A DNA stretch of 64,000 nucleotides. Source: Marsupella aquatica. Lineage: Eukaryota > Plantae > Marchantiophyta. Position 1 is the first letter of the stretch, and every line of letters starts with the position of its first letter. Under the pieces are notes generated by a model. The model was not told where the DNA came from, did not search any database, and saw only the letters and a program-made list of their open reading frames with translations. Shown here piece after piece: positions 25,321 through 38,053 of the stretch. The stretch lies in assembly GCA_973895155.1 (NCBI GenBank), contig OZ316892.1:9404283-9468282 (forward strand), read 5' to 3'. The position numbers were made by a program, and so were the translations under genes.

Positions 25321-25888
25321 GGGTATTTTCTATTAAATTGCAAAGGAATTGTAAGGGGGCACTCCTAGAAGGGGCGACGACTGTTGAGGGGATCTGATAG
25401 AAAGTTTTTGAGGCATCCTCTGATTGATAATGAGGTTGTTCGTGCCTCAAGATTTGTAGATGAGGAGGCTGAATCACCATCGAGATCTGAGAGTAGTGAA
25501 GTATCTACTAGCGAGGAAAGCACAAAGAATTCAGGTTCCGATAGTTCTATTGATGTTTAGTCAGGATTAGATGACTATTGATTTTGTCCAAATCTTCTTG
25601 ATATTTCCTCATCCTTGTGGATAAATATCACTTTAGAAAGAAGTGGTACTTTTAATGTATTTGAGAATGGAAAATTAGTTATGTATCATCTCAAGTCATC
25701 TCAATAAAATACTATTGGTACTATTTTGGTTCATAGGGTTTTGGATATGATAGAACAATTTTTGCTAGCGAGGTTTGCTAGCAACTTTCATGATGGATTG
25801 AATAATTGATATTAGTTTTTTTCTGCCAAATAATGAAGTTAAATGTGAGGTTTTGCTTTGCTAGCAATGGCTTTGTCTTGCTATCAGT

Positions 25889-27279
25889 TGTCGTATAGTG
25901 CTAAGTATCAAAAGTGACTCTTCTCACCTAAAACCAGGGTTTCGATCCCTTTAAGAACAGATTTCAGAATGAATTGTATAACTTTTATCACTCCGAGTGA
26001 TTTAGAGTCTTGAGCTCTATGTTGACTTCACTTCTCAATAAAAAAAATCGAATAAACAAACAACAAAGTAACTGAACTTCTGATTTATGAATTAGAGAAG
26101 AAATGAGTAAGGATTTAGAGACTACAAGCTGCTACTGCCACTCCTTCAGAAAGGATTTGGGCTCAGTATAGACATGAAATCTATCTCATAATTCATCCAT
26201 CTCACTCTTCAAAACACAAAGGTTAATGATAATGGAATTCTCAATCTGATGAAGCAGAAGCTTTCTGATTGCAAATGAATGATATGATTTAAAATGCCGT
26301 CAACATGGTTTGACATCAGCGATACACAATTCAGTCAAACTCTAAACCATATTCCAGAATCAAAGCAACAGTACTAACTACTCTGAGAATCAGAATTTAC
26401 TTCTCATTTATCATTAACTATTCTTGAATTGGCTAGCGAATCCCGACTCTGCAAGCAAGCCTAGCAGTGAATTCAATACGAGTTTCAGAAATCTGCAACT
26501 GAATTCAATCACCACAGGAATCTCTTGAATTCAATCTTAACTTCAATCAATATAGCTTTACTTCCATACAAAACACTCACAGCATGCCTTGTTACAATGG
26601 AAGGAGGAGAAAACTATTCAGAAGACTCAATTCTGAATACAGTATTAACTCTATTTCTCTCTACTTCAAATGAGCATTCTACTCTGTCTTATAAGTGCTG
26701 GAATCCTAAAATGGAGGAGGTAAGAACAGTCGTGCCTTTCCAAGCTTAAAACTAAACAAGGGAGAAGCACAGCATAAGTACTTCAACAAGGGTGGTAGAA
26801 TACTACTTTACTAGTAATCTACTTTAAAAACTAAGTGTTGAGCGGACGCTGCTAGAAGCGTCGGGAGAATCTGGACGCTGCTAGAAGCGTCTTAAGTAAA
26901 ACCAACGGACGCTGCTCACACTGCTCACAGCGTCAATACTAGGGTGGACGCTGCTCACAGCGTCGTGTGTTGAAGCTGACGCTTTCCACAGCGTCGGTCG
27001 AAATCCTCATAGAGTCTTGGTGGCGGTCGGGCGCTGCCAAAAGCGTCATGAGGAGGTTGGACGCTTCCGCAGCGTCTTGAGTAAAAGAAACGGGCGCTGG
27101 TCACAGCGTCGGGCAAAGTACACTAGGAATCGTCAGGAAAGCCGGAGATGTCAAATATTTCTATAAGTGTCCAGAACAAGTAAATGTTGGCCGGAAGGTG
27201 TCTAAAGTGTAAGTAAATCTTGTGATATGCTAAAAATAAACAAGTTTCCAGAAAAAATTGCAGGGACACCCATACCACA
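25889..27279 (-). repeat. Gypsy 3' LTR
   Basis: Direct repeat of 38054-39444. Confidence 0.97.
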
Positions 27280-27356
27280 TAGCCCTCCACTTAAATTTCG
27301 TCGTGTCCCCACAAGACATGACCGAATTGAATCAGAAGCGAGTGACATGTTCTTCA

Positions 27357-27833
27357 TTAATAATATTCTGGCTTAATAATCCAAGTAGTGCTCAAAATCA
27401 TTGACGGGAGTTGGGAGATATCCGAATCCAGAATATAAAAATCGAGGTCATGGAATTCTTCTCCGATCTGTATTGGGACTCCTTTAACTCTTCCCCAAAG
27501 ATTAATGATTCGTCCATCGATTGATATCTGAGCAGATATCGGTTGTACTTCTTGATGAACAAATTGCTGGCACAGTCTGTGGGAGAGGAAATTAATTCGA
27601 GAGCCTGGATCAATAACAAAGTGTTGAATAGCATGTCCTCCCAGTTTGATCTTGCCTTCAAAGGAATGTTGGAAAGCACGGGGTAAAGAATTCCAACAAT
27701 CCATAGTAGCTTTGATGTCCCACATGAGCAGATAAATATCAATTCGAAGGAGAAAGAAGGAAACAATTGCAGGATGCTGCAAAAGTAACGGCTTATATAC
27801 ATATAAATGACAACACCGTTTGATATCTCTCAT
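27357..27833 (-). CDS. Small retropepsin-like (aspartic protease fold) ORF in the gypsy 3' region
   Basis: HFVIDPGSRINFLS ... GRVKGVPIQIG ... DFYILD ... MILSTTWI resembles retroviral-type protease motifs. Confidence 0.55.
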   Translation of the reverse strand: MRDIKRCCHLYVYKPLLLQHPAIVSFFLLRIDIYLLMWDIKATMDCWNSLPRAFQHSFEGKIKLGGHAIQHFVIDPGSRINFLSHRLCQQFVHQEVQPISAQISIDGRIINLWGRVKGVPIQIGEEFHDLDFYILDSDISQLPSMILSTTWIIKPEYY

Positions 27834-27845
27834 AAATGGTGTCCT

Positions 27846-30419
27846 TCAAATCTGTGTCCTAGATAAAACACCTTGAATAATCACATCCGGATAAGAAGGA
27901 ATAATAGGTAGGAACGCTAAACACCTAAGCGACTTGAACCCTTGGGAAGCCGGTAGCATACATTGTTTTGTAATCAACTGCTCCCTTAGCTTAACAAGCT
28001 TCTTCTCATATTTAATTGGAATAGCAAACCCACCAGGACAAACCCAAACATAGTATGGATAGGGCCATGGAATTTCCGGCACAAGGGGCGGAAATGGAGC
28101 TTGAGCTCGTCGAAGCATATACACCCAACACCAAATTTCGAACTCCGAAAACTTATGTCGTCTGTCCTTATCAATGGGAGGAACCGCCTTCCCAGGTTCA
28201 TATGTGCGAATCAAACTACGAATCCTCGGATGGGATGTCATTGGCAAAATCTGCTGCTGCTGCAAAATGCTCTCCATCTCCAGATGTCGAAAAGCTACTC
28301 GAAAATGTTTCTTCTCCCACCTGTGAATTGAAGCCAAATTAGGGATAGGATTTCGGGGTGGCAAATCCACTGTATGCCGAAGTCGAGGAGGTACTCTGAT
28401 AATGCGAGGGTCTTCGTCTTCTTCTCCATCACTTGGTGCTCCTATCCAACGGAAAATTACATCTGGCATAGCGGAAGGAATCATTGACTCCTTAACTGGT
28501 CGAATTGGCAATGTAACAGGAGACGAAGGAGCAGAAGGTTCGGGCTCCAGTGGTTCAAATTCTTCTCTTGCAACAGTAGCTGGTTGATCTGCAGTGGGAT
28601 GCATTGGTACTAAAACAGGAAGTTCTTCTTTAAAATTATCGCTAGGTAAAGAGACTTCCTGGTTAGTTCGATCTGCCAAAAGTACAGGAAGGGGTAGCTC
28701 GTCTGTTCCGATAGGTGCTTCTCCCTGTTCAAAATCCTGGGAAGATGCTTCAGGAAAGATCTGTCGACTGATAGCATGGCGCAACCATTTCCAAGATTTT
28801 CGAGTATACGTCACTGAAAACTCCTCCCGAATGTTTTTATCCTCGTTTGTAGCCAATGAAACTGGTGCTGAGCTGGTTGTCGAAGCGGGTGTCTCGGGTA
28901 CCAATATGGGTACAGATATACCCATATTACCAGATACCTGATTGCGACTCGGAAAACCAGCAGAGCCTCCTTCAATCAACTCATCTTCAGGAGAAACCCA
29001 TTTTACAGGCGGAAATGAAGGAGCTCCTATCGCGGCTATTGCCTCATCTAATTCCTTAGTTATATCCAAAGGAATCGATATGAGTGAACCAGGTGTAGAC
29101 CAGGCAGGGTATCTTGCGACAGATTGGGGAGAAGTCACTGGTTCACCTACTTCGTCTATATCCACAATTGCATCCTCCGAATCAACTTTAACCAGCTTCA
29201 CAATTTCTGAGCTTAATATTTCTGACTCCTGGACCAGAGGGATTTCACCTATATTTGGGCTAGAACTAAGAGAGTCGGACGAATCATACTCTTGTAAAGC
29301 CTGCAAAGCATCACTATTTGCCTCTATGGGAACCAAAACAGGGGTAGAAGTAAATCCATCATACTCGTCCTCAGCAGTAGAATGTTGAAGAGGTTCCCCT
29401 GAAAAACCTTCTTCATCCACCCTCACCTCATCTTCAACATTCATCCGAGAAGCAGAATTATCCTGATCAACATCATAAATAGGCTCGGCAGCACAAGGTG
29501 AACACGAGAGTCGAGGTGACATAGAATGCTCCAACCCTGTTGGCATTGCTGAAGGAACATCTTCGGCAACTTGAGCCTCTCTTGGTTGGTGAAGAATCGG
29601 ATCGTCACTCCCTTCAGCTGATGCTCTTGTCTCTTTCAATTTCCGAACTTCACCCACCAGTTCAGGTTCCTCACAGTCGAGTATTGCACATAGCTCTACC
29701 ACTGTGGAATTGGCTCGGACTTCTCGTACTTCAGGCATATAATTTGCTTCACCGGTAGATGCTCTCTGATTGTTGCGATAAAAATCTTTTTCCAAGACAA
29801 GCAGACAGTCATACTTATGGTAAATGTGAGCTAAATAAGGGGCCAAGTAGGTACACCTTATTTTCCCCGTTTTCAGCCTGCTACGAAAATTTTTGACCTG
29901 AGTATGAATTACTCGGTGCAAAACCTTCGTCCAATTGATAGACTGCGTCTGTTCTAATGAACAGATCACCGTTGCAGCGAACGAAAGAGTGATGCGCGTC
30001 TGGCTTTCTGGGTAGAAAATTGGTGCCAGAAATCGAAATAGACGCTGCAGAGAATTATCTAAGCAGTCCGCCGCTAGCCATCCATTCCGCCTCTTGAAAG
30101 ATCCTGGAGCGAAGAAGGATTCTACATAAACCCGAGGCTCACAATCAACCCTCTGTAAATCCTCGCCCTCCATCGGCGTCGAATAGACCTTCGCTATGAG
30201 CACTTCAGTCCAAACACTGGGACGCGAGCGCACACCAATCCTTTCTTCAGCGTCCCAGACACCTTGATCGATAAGGCTGAATTCGCAAATCTTCCAAGGA
30301 AGTTGAAGCAGCTTCTTCAAGCCCATTTTTGCCAGAGCCGTCTTCAACTGCCGCCTATGCACTGCATTCGATGGAATGTCTGCGAGTATTGGTCGCGTCG
30401 TCAGCTCAGTCTCCGCCAT
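27846..30419 (-). CDS. Extra ORF of the gypsy element (857 aa, env-position, unknown function)
   Basis: Long intact sense ORF after integrase; globular N- and C-terminal parts flank an acidic/Pro-rich linker. Confidence 0.8.
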   Translation of the reverse strand: MAETELTTRPILADIPSNAVHRRQLKTALAKMGLKKLLQLPWKICEFSLIDQGVWDAEERIGVRSRPSVWTEVLIAKVYSTPMEGEDLQRVDCEPRVYVESFFAPGSFKRRNGWLAADCLDNSLQRLFRFLAPIFYPESQTRITLSFAATVICSLEQTQSINWTKVLHRVIHTQVKNFRSRLKTGKIRCTYLAPYLAHIYHKYDCLLVLEKDFYRNNQRASTGEANYMPEVREVRANSTVVELCAILDCEEPELVGEVRKLKETRASAEGSDDPILHQPREAQVAEDVPSAMPTGLEHSMSPRLSCSPCAAEPIYDVDQDNSASRMNVEDEVRVDEEGFSGEPLQHSTAEDEYDGFTSTPVLVPIEANSDALQALQEYDSSDSLSSSPNIGEIPLVQESEILSSEIVKLVKVDSEDAIVDIDEVGEPVTSPQSVARYPAWSTPGSLISIPLDITKELDEAIAAIGAPSFPPVKWVSPEDELIEGGSAGFPSRNQVSGNMGISVPILVPETPASTTSSAPVSLATNEDKNIREEFSVTYTRKSWKWLRHAISRQIFPEASSQDFEQGEAPIGTDELPLPVLLADRTNQEVSLPSDNFKEELPVLVPMHPTADQPATVAREEFEPLEPEPSAPSSPVTLPIRPVKESMIPSAMPDVIFRWIGAPSDGEEDEDPRIIRVPPRLRHTVDLPPRNPIPNLASIHRWEKKHFRVAFRHLEMESILQQQQILPMTSHPRIRSLIRTYEPGKAVPPIDKDRRHKFSEFEIWCWVYMLRRAQAPFPPLVPEIPWPYPYYVWVCPGGFAIPIKYEKKLVKLREQLITKQCMLPASQGFKSLRCLAFLPIIPSYPDVIIQGVLSRTQI

Positions 30420-30808
30420 CGCGTGACTTGTTAGCTCCGTAAGCTCAGTGAGAATCGTGTTCCATAGTGAACTAGGGCGAAGCGCGACTGCTTACTCCTC
30501 AGCGTCCCGTTGAGCTGTCGCAATCCGCCATTGTACAAGACGCCTAGTCATCGGCTCACAGCGTCTCATGCAACTGAACTAATACAAAAGCGGACCTCTG
30601 CACAACGTCCTTTGTAAACTAAGTGGACGCTTCCCCAGCGTCGAGTTACAATGGACGCTTTTCACAGCGTCCAATGTAAAAACTGAAAGTAACTAAATAA
30701 AATAAAATAAAATAAAATATGCCGAATACTTACTAGGGAGGGTCACTAATTCTAACTAAGTATAACTACCGCCCTCCACTTAAATTGCAACCTGTCCCAG
30801 GTGGAATT

Positions 30809-33800
30809 CTAAATGGAAGACTCATAGTACCGTTTAATCCTAAACCCATTGATTCTAGTGTTAAGTGGGTGACCATCTAAGGTAGTCAATGAAACTGAAC
30901 CATTATCCCAGATGTGTGTAACTCGGTAAGGACCAATCCAATGAGTATGAAGTTTCCCAGGAAATAGCATATAATGAGAATCAAAGACTAATGCTAAATC
31001 ACCAACATCTAACTGCACTACGCGCAGCTTCTTATCATAAGCAAGTTTACGCTGGTTCTGAATGGTGACTGTATGGTCTAATGCTAAAAGTCTAACTTCT
31101 TCTAATTTAACAATATTGGAAAACCGATGTGAGAGACTATCTGAAGGAGAGAGTCGGTGTGGTACCAAGATACGTTCCGTTGGTAACGAAAATTCTATTG
31201 GAATAATACTATTCAGGCCATAGGTCAGATAGAAGGGGGTGTGAAGAGTTGTAATCTTCTCAGCGGTGCGGTAAGCCCATAATGCAGAATGGAGCTTCAC
31301 ATCCCAATCTGTCTTGTGAGATTCTACCATTTTATTCAGAATCTTGCCCATAATGCCATTAGCTCTCTCGGTTAAGCCATTAGCTCGGGGGTTGTAAGGA
31401 GTAGTTTTGCGATGCTTGATAAGATAAAGGTCAGTGATTAACTCAATAGTTGAGTTAAGAAAATGCAAACCCCTATCGCTTACCAACTCCAAAGGACAAC
31501 CAAACCGGGTGATAATGTGCTCAAAGAGAAATGCAGCTGCGGTTATAGCATCATTCTTGCGAGTAGCTTTCGCCTCTACCCATTTGGTGGCATAATCAGT
31601 GGCCAGAATAATATATTTGCTTCGGCTTTTCCGAGCTGCTGGAGAAATTGGGCCAATAAAATCAATCCCCCATTTCTCAAATGGTGCCAACGGAAGGATA
31701 GGCGTAAGAGGCCATTTGGAACTAGCAGTGGGCTTCCCGATCCTTTGACAGGGATCACAGGTCTTAATAAAATTGTAAGTATCTCGATGCATAGTAGGCC
31801 ACCAGTATCCAGCATCCAAAATTTTCTTAACTGTGGTATTCACAGCATAATGCCCACCGGTTTCTCCTGAATGTAAAGCTTCAATTACTTGGGGAAGTTC
31901 CCTATCCTCTAGACAACGTCGCAATTGTTGATCAGGACCTTGTTTAAACAAAGTGCCCCGAATAATGGTATAGGGACCCACCTTATGAGCAAAGACAGCT
32001 CGTTCTTCCGTATTAAAGCCTTCAGGGAACGTTCCATGAAGCAGCATGTGCACAATATTAAAATATCGAGAAGACTCCCCTTCAATGTGCCACAAATGCT
32101 CGTCAGGAAATTCATCGGAGAGATTATGCTGATTCTCCGGACCAGGTAACCGAGATAGGAAGTCTGCATTCTCATGATGTTTGCCAGGTCGGACATGAAC
32201 TTCATAATCAAATTCTTGGAGTAGTAAAACCCAGCGGGCTACTCGTCCTGAGAGATCCACTTGGTTAACCAAATATTTTAAGGAATTATGATCAGTGTGA
32301 AAAGTAACCTGATACCCCAACAAATAGTGACGAAATTTCTTACACGCAAAGACGATGGCCAAAGCTTCCCGTTCAGTGACGGAGTAGTTTTTCTCGGCTG
32401 CACTCATTTGGCGGCTGGCATAGTAAATTGGATGGTCACGGTTTTCCACATCCTTCTGACTGAGATTAGCTCCAATGCAGAACGCAGAAGAGTCAATGAA
32501 GACATGAAACTTCTTAGTCCAATCTGGGGGTGACAAAATAGGTGCAGAGATTAACCGATCCTTGAGCAACTGGAATGCTTGCTGCCGCTCCTCATTCCAT
32601 GTATATTCCACATCACTTTTTAACAGTTGGGTTAAGGGTAAGGCAATATTAGCATGTTTATAAATGAACCGACGATAATACCCCACATGTCCCAGAAAAG
32701 CACGAAGCTGCTTTAAATCGGTCGGTGGTTGCAACTCCATAATTACTCTAACCTTCTCTGTATCAACCTCAATGTCGCGTTGTGAAATAACATGGCCTAA
32801 CAAAATTCCCTCCTTCATACCAATAAAGCACTTTTCTGGATGAAGACACAACTGAGCCTCTCTACACTTCTGAAATGTCTTCTCCAAATGGACGAGGTGT
32901 TCAGCCGCTGACCCGTAAACACAAAAGTCGTCAATAAAAATCTCCATGAAATGCCGCAAATATTCTTGAAAAATAATCATCATAATGCGCTGAAAAGTAC
33001 CCGGGGCATTACACAGCCCAAAAGGCATCATGGTAAATGCATATGTACCCCAGTCGGTGGTGAACGTAGTCTTGTCGCGATCCTCCTTCCGAATGGACAC
33101 CTGGTTATAACCAGAGTACCCATCTAAAAAACTGTATAACTCATGCAAGGCCACTGAATCAAGTACCAGATCAATAAATGGCAAAGGATAATGATCTTTC
33201 CGAGTGGCAGCATTCAACTTCCGGAAGTCTTGACAAACGCGAATTTTCGTTTTACCATCGGGTCCCGGCTTTTTGGGGACAATGACAATTGGTGAGACCC
33301 ATTCACTACTCAAGACCGGGTAGATAAATCCAGCAGTCGTGAGCTTGTCCAACTCGTCTTTAACCAGGATGGAATATTTGGGATTCAAACGGTACTATCT
33401 CTGTCGGACAGGTACTGCTCCTTCCATAAGGTCAATACGATGTTCGCCCAAATGTGGATGGATACCTTTTAAATCAGAATGACTCCAGGCAAAGACATCT
33501 TTATACTGGGTTAATAAACTGATATACTGTTCCCGTAGCTCTCCTTCGATATGCTTACCAATATTCAAAAACTTGCCTGGCTCAATTTCGATTTTCTGAC
33601 AAGCTTTTGGATCCACAATTCCATCCGTGAGGTTTGCCGGCTGAAGTCCAAGTTTGGATACTTCTGGTGCAAATGGCTCAAGGGTAGCTGACACTCCCAT
33701 ATCATGGTGTAAATCCCTATTAGCCTCAGTATTAGGAGGTTCGTCTGCTGCTGGGCCCACTTCCGATGATGAAGTTAATTGTCAGGAGGGCCTAGTTGGT

Positions 33801-36800
33801 TTTATGGGAGCATCAGACAGATAAACTTCCAAGTAACGAACTTCCTCCAGTTCAAATTCCAATGGCTGCAGGACTAGCGAAGAGGTCGAAAAATCCAAGG
33901 TGTACCCATCATCTGTTTGTGTTTCTCCAAAATGTGGTTCCGGAACCCAACTAACAGTCACCTTAGGCTTCCCAAATGAAAGCTCTTGAGATTGCCAATT
34001 AACCTGAACTTGAGCCTTATACAACCATGGTCGGCCTAACAAAACAGGAAAGCTGGATGGTATTTCCGGATTAATAACCACATAATCCAACAGAAAAGGG
34101 ACACCAGCAATCAAAGTTTCTACTTTGGTCAGCTTCCCTATGGGTACCACACGAGACTGATCCGCCATGCGCAAAATCTTGGGAGTGGGCTCAAACTTAG
34201 TGAAACCCAAATTAAATGCTGCTGACTGTGTAATCAGATTAACGCTGGCTCCTCCATCCACAGGAACTCTCCGAATGACACACCCCTGGATTTGAACCTC
34301 AATTTCCATCGGTCCTTTGTCCTCCCACTCTGTTCGTAGCACATCCACAGAAGGTAACTTCTTCTTCCTCCGTTTTCCTGCAAGGAGGCTCCTCAGCTGT
34401 CGCCTATAAACCGGATTGTCCTGTAATAATTCCCCAATGGTGATATGTGCAGGATGATTCTTGACATCTTCAACAATATCATAACCTGGATTTTTCAGTG
34501 GCTCTTTAGCTTTGACTACTACTGGTGGGTTAGGAGATTGCACTTGCTCCTTAACTAGCTCTTCCAGATGGTCTTTCACTTCCAAAGAGATGTCGGGCAA
34601 GAAGTATTTTGGGTCATATCGGTCATAAGCAGGGTCGTCTTCTTTGTCGAGGCCTTCCTTACATGGCTTGCGCCCTTCATCCTTGGGAGCTTTCACGACC
34701 TTCTGATGCTCGTGCTTCTTGGTCTCCTTTTTCTTTGAACGAGTAGTTGCGTAAATATTAGTCAGAACTTTATCCCGATTCTGAACTCGATCATTCGGCA
34801 TACCAACTACTTCAGGTTTCACTAAATGACTTACCAAGACATCAGGCACCACCCCGGATACTGGTTGATGAAAAAGTGAATCTGGCTTTAATTCCACCCG
34901 ATTTACATCCATATGTTGAATGAAGCTGCATTGCTCCATCTCTTCAGAATAAACCATCCGAATCTTGGCTTCAGGTCGACTTGCTTCTTTAACTGGCTCT
35001 TGAGCAAATCGAACCATCAGCCTAGGCTTAGCCGGATTCGGGCATTCCACCGGTAAGTGTCCTTCTTTTCCACAGTTCCCACAGACAGGTGTATACCCCA
35101 CCTCCTGTTTGGGATAAGGGCACTGGGGTGAATAATGATCAGGTTGGCCACAATTCCAACAAGCCCCTTTTTGACGCGGCATTCCTCGTGGTGGGTATCC
35201 TCCCGGGGGTCCCATGGGTGGTCTTGACGTTGGTTTATTGAAAGTGGGCTTAGGTGGTCCCCAAGTCGGTCTGGAAGCAGGAGGTGGTGGGAAATACTAT
35301 CCAGGGGGTGCTGTTTGGACGGTATACGCGGGATCGTACTCATACTCCTCAGCCTCTTCTTGACCATCTACATAATTCACCGGGGTTCGTAATGTGGGGC
35401 ACTCGTTCGGGTAATGGCCCTGCTGACTGCATCGGGTGCACCATACGTTCATTCTCATGGGAGCAGGCAACCTTCGTACTGGTTTTACCGCGGCGATATT
35501 GACATTCAACTTGGACAATTGGCCAGAGAGTTCTTCCATCATGCGATCCATCTTCTTCTGGTTGGGAACTTTATTATTCCCTTTTACAGAGGATTTCTTC
35601 TTTTTAGGAGCAACGGATTCTGAGTCGGAACTTGAGCTTGAACTATCACTAGTGCTCGAATTTGTACTCTCGTCCTCCTCACTAGTGCTACTTTCACTTG
35701 ATTCCGTCTCCGAGTCAGATTTAGACCTGGACGTTTTCTTCTTCTTTCTTTTGTCTTTCTTCAGGTCCTTCTTAACTCGTTTTCTCTCTGAAATCTCCGA
35801 GTCTACGTACTTCTGGGCTGCCTCTTGTACTTCTTCCAAAGTGGTGCCACCTTCTCGTCTCACGTAACGAGCAATCCTGGAGGGTAAACCGTTAATAAAC
35901 CAGTCCTTGATAGTAGATTTCGAGGTAGCTGGATTATATTGATCTACCAAATCCAATAATTTGTCGGCATATTTCCTCACAGACCCATGTTTCTTCATGT
36001 GCAGATGTGAGATTCGGGCAAAGGCACGCGCAGCTGCTCCTTCTTCTTTATATTTGGCCAAGAAAGCAGCCTTCAATTTCCCCCAATCCTGCTTGTCCGG
36101 AAAACGGTCATACCATTTCTGAGCACCCTTTTTCATTAGACCACCAAACAGATTGGCTTTTTCAGCGTCTTGACTCTGTCCATTGGATGCAGCTGCAGCT
36201 TCAAATTCTTTCAAATACACCTCTGCATCCTCCTTGGAAGTACCGAAGAACCGGTCGTACCTCACATTATTTCGAGCCATCGTGGTTGGAGCTAGGAGGG
36301 TAACGAAAGGAAGAGCTGATCGGGTAGCAAATGGGTTTGGGCTGCCCAAGCCTGAACTGCTGCTTGTCTCACTAGAAGACGAACCACCGGCTTCACTCAG
36401 TGGTTCTGGATTATCCAATTGTGAAAGATCGACAGAATTATCTTGGGCCAGCGATTCTGCAACTGTATTCTCGGGCAAACCCAAATTTCTTCCTTCGGTA
36501 TGAGATAAGGCCCTCTCAGTGGTACTATCCACACCAGAGTCAATTTGGTTCACCGAACGTACTGTCTGCTGGCGGAGCTTGGTCTTTTGAGAACCAATAA
36601 GTTTTGGACCTGAACGAAGATTTACAAACAGGGGTCGGGTCGACGTGGGCCTTTCCAAAGAGCCACTTGCCTCTTGAATAGATCCCACTTGTTTCCACAC
36701 ACTACCCGGTGCAGGTGCTCCTGGTGACTGGAATTCGGGTAACAATGTGCGAGGGGTCACTACTAATTTTGCAGCATCCGAATTACTGGAGGTCTTGGTA

Positions 36801-36835
36801 GGTTTTCTTTTATTCGGTGGATCTCCCTCAGACAT
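30809..36835 (-). CDS. Gypsy gag-pol in one reading frame with three in-frame stops (TAG 35297, TGA 33782, TAG 33395)
   Basis: ORFs 35297-36835, 33782-35215, 33395-33760 and 30809-33388 share a frame; CCHC knuckles, protease VDGGAS, RT FIDD, RNase H DSS/TDH, integrase WGIDF; no chromodomain. Confidence 0.95.
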
Positions 36836-38029
36836 CCCTCATTCTCCAAGCACGGGTGATTTTGAGACACCAAACCCGCTCCTCAGGAGTCTTTATGCAA
36901 GGAGTCACCATTTAGGTGCGACGTTATCACCCCACTCCGGGAGATATGAACCTGCTTCCTCAAAGTGACTTCCCGTAGCGTCGTTCAACATCCCTTGCAT
37001 GATTCCTCCCCCTTGCTATCCCGTAGCTAATACTTCCCTTCAGTGACCAGCCGAGATTCTAAAACCTCGTTTTCTCTGGTGCGTCCTTCAGGTTGAGACG
37101 CGGAAAGGCACACCAGAAGCGTCGCGCACGTTGGTTCGTCACAGATTCCACCGGACGCTGCTCACAGCGTCCACTGGGATCGGACGCTACTCGAAGCGTC
37201 CTGACTTGCGGAATCTTCTGGGACGAATCGCATTGGACGCTCTTCGCGGCGTCCTTCCTTATCTCCTTTACGGTGGCGATTACTGGAACCGGGCGTTCCC
37301 CATAATCTCCGACTTCCTTCACCCTGAAATTTCTTTACCACATGGTACGCTACACTAGGCCATCCTACTAATCAGACGTCTAACTCCTTCCTAATCTTCT
37401 ACGCAATTCCTGGTGCATGATTCTTTCCGCTAACTCCCGAATGGAAATGACTAAATATCTCTCCTGTGTGATCCTACCATTCAGCCTTAATATTACTAAA
37501 TGCAAACTTTCATCTTCCCACCAGGTGATAGTTAACCAATGTATGCCATTCCTCCCTCTCAGGCTCAGAACCCAAGAATTAACATAACGATTCCTCAAAT
37601 TCCTAATTCTTAATGTTCCCAAAGATCGGATAGGTGGCATCGGTCACACGAACCAGGATGGTTGGACAATTTTACAAATCATACGTCCCGAGCAACGTTA
37701 GAATAACTTCACTTGTCACTCAAAGTGTCTTTGGTGTCTTCGACTATCTCCAAAGCAACTTGACGAGCAACAGCTCCTCTCTGTGAGGCCTTTTCTGGTG
37801 GGAGGGCGGTTTCTTCTCTTAAGTTTGGCACCACAAATTTTTCCAATACTCTTAAGAGAGCTTCCGGGGCGCTTTGGATAGAGTACGACATCACCTCGAA
37901 ATGGAAGCTCTTCATCTTTTTAACTGGAGTGATGACGCATCTTCACAATTATAGTAGAACGTGAATTCCTCTCCCGTCTAGCTCCTTCTGGCATACACTG
38001 CCTGTACGTCAATTCAATCTTAAATTCGT

Positions 38030-38047
38030 TCCCCGGCAGCGGCGCCA
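38030..38047 (-). other. Primer-binding site (tRNA-Asp type)
   Basis: TGGCGCCGCTGCCGGGGA a few nt inside the 5' LTR end. Confidence 0.8.
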
Positions 38048-38053
38048 AAAAGA

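Noticed and set aside
26525-26749. 74-aa ORF duplicated at 38690-38914
   Set aside because: Duplicated only because it lies in the LTR; no recognisable motif
35215-35300. gag/pol frameshift in the gypsy
   Set aside because: Flanking ORFs share a frame; the break is one TAG, probably from CAG
27986-37358. Many short antisense or overlapping ORFs in gypsy, copia and CACTA coding regions
   Set aside because: Shadows of the real reading frames with no independent motifs
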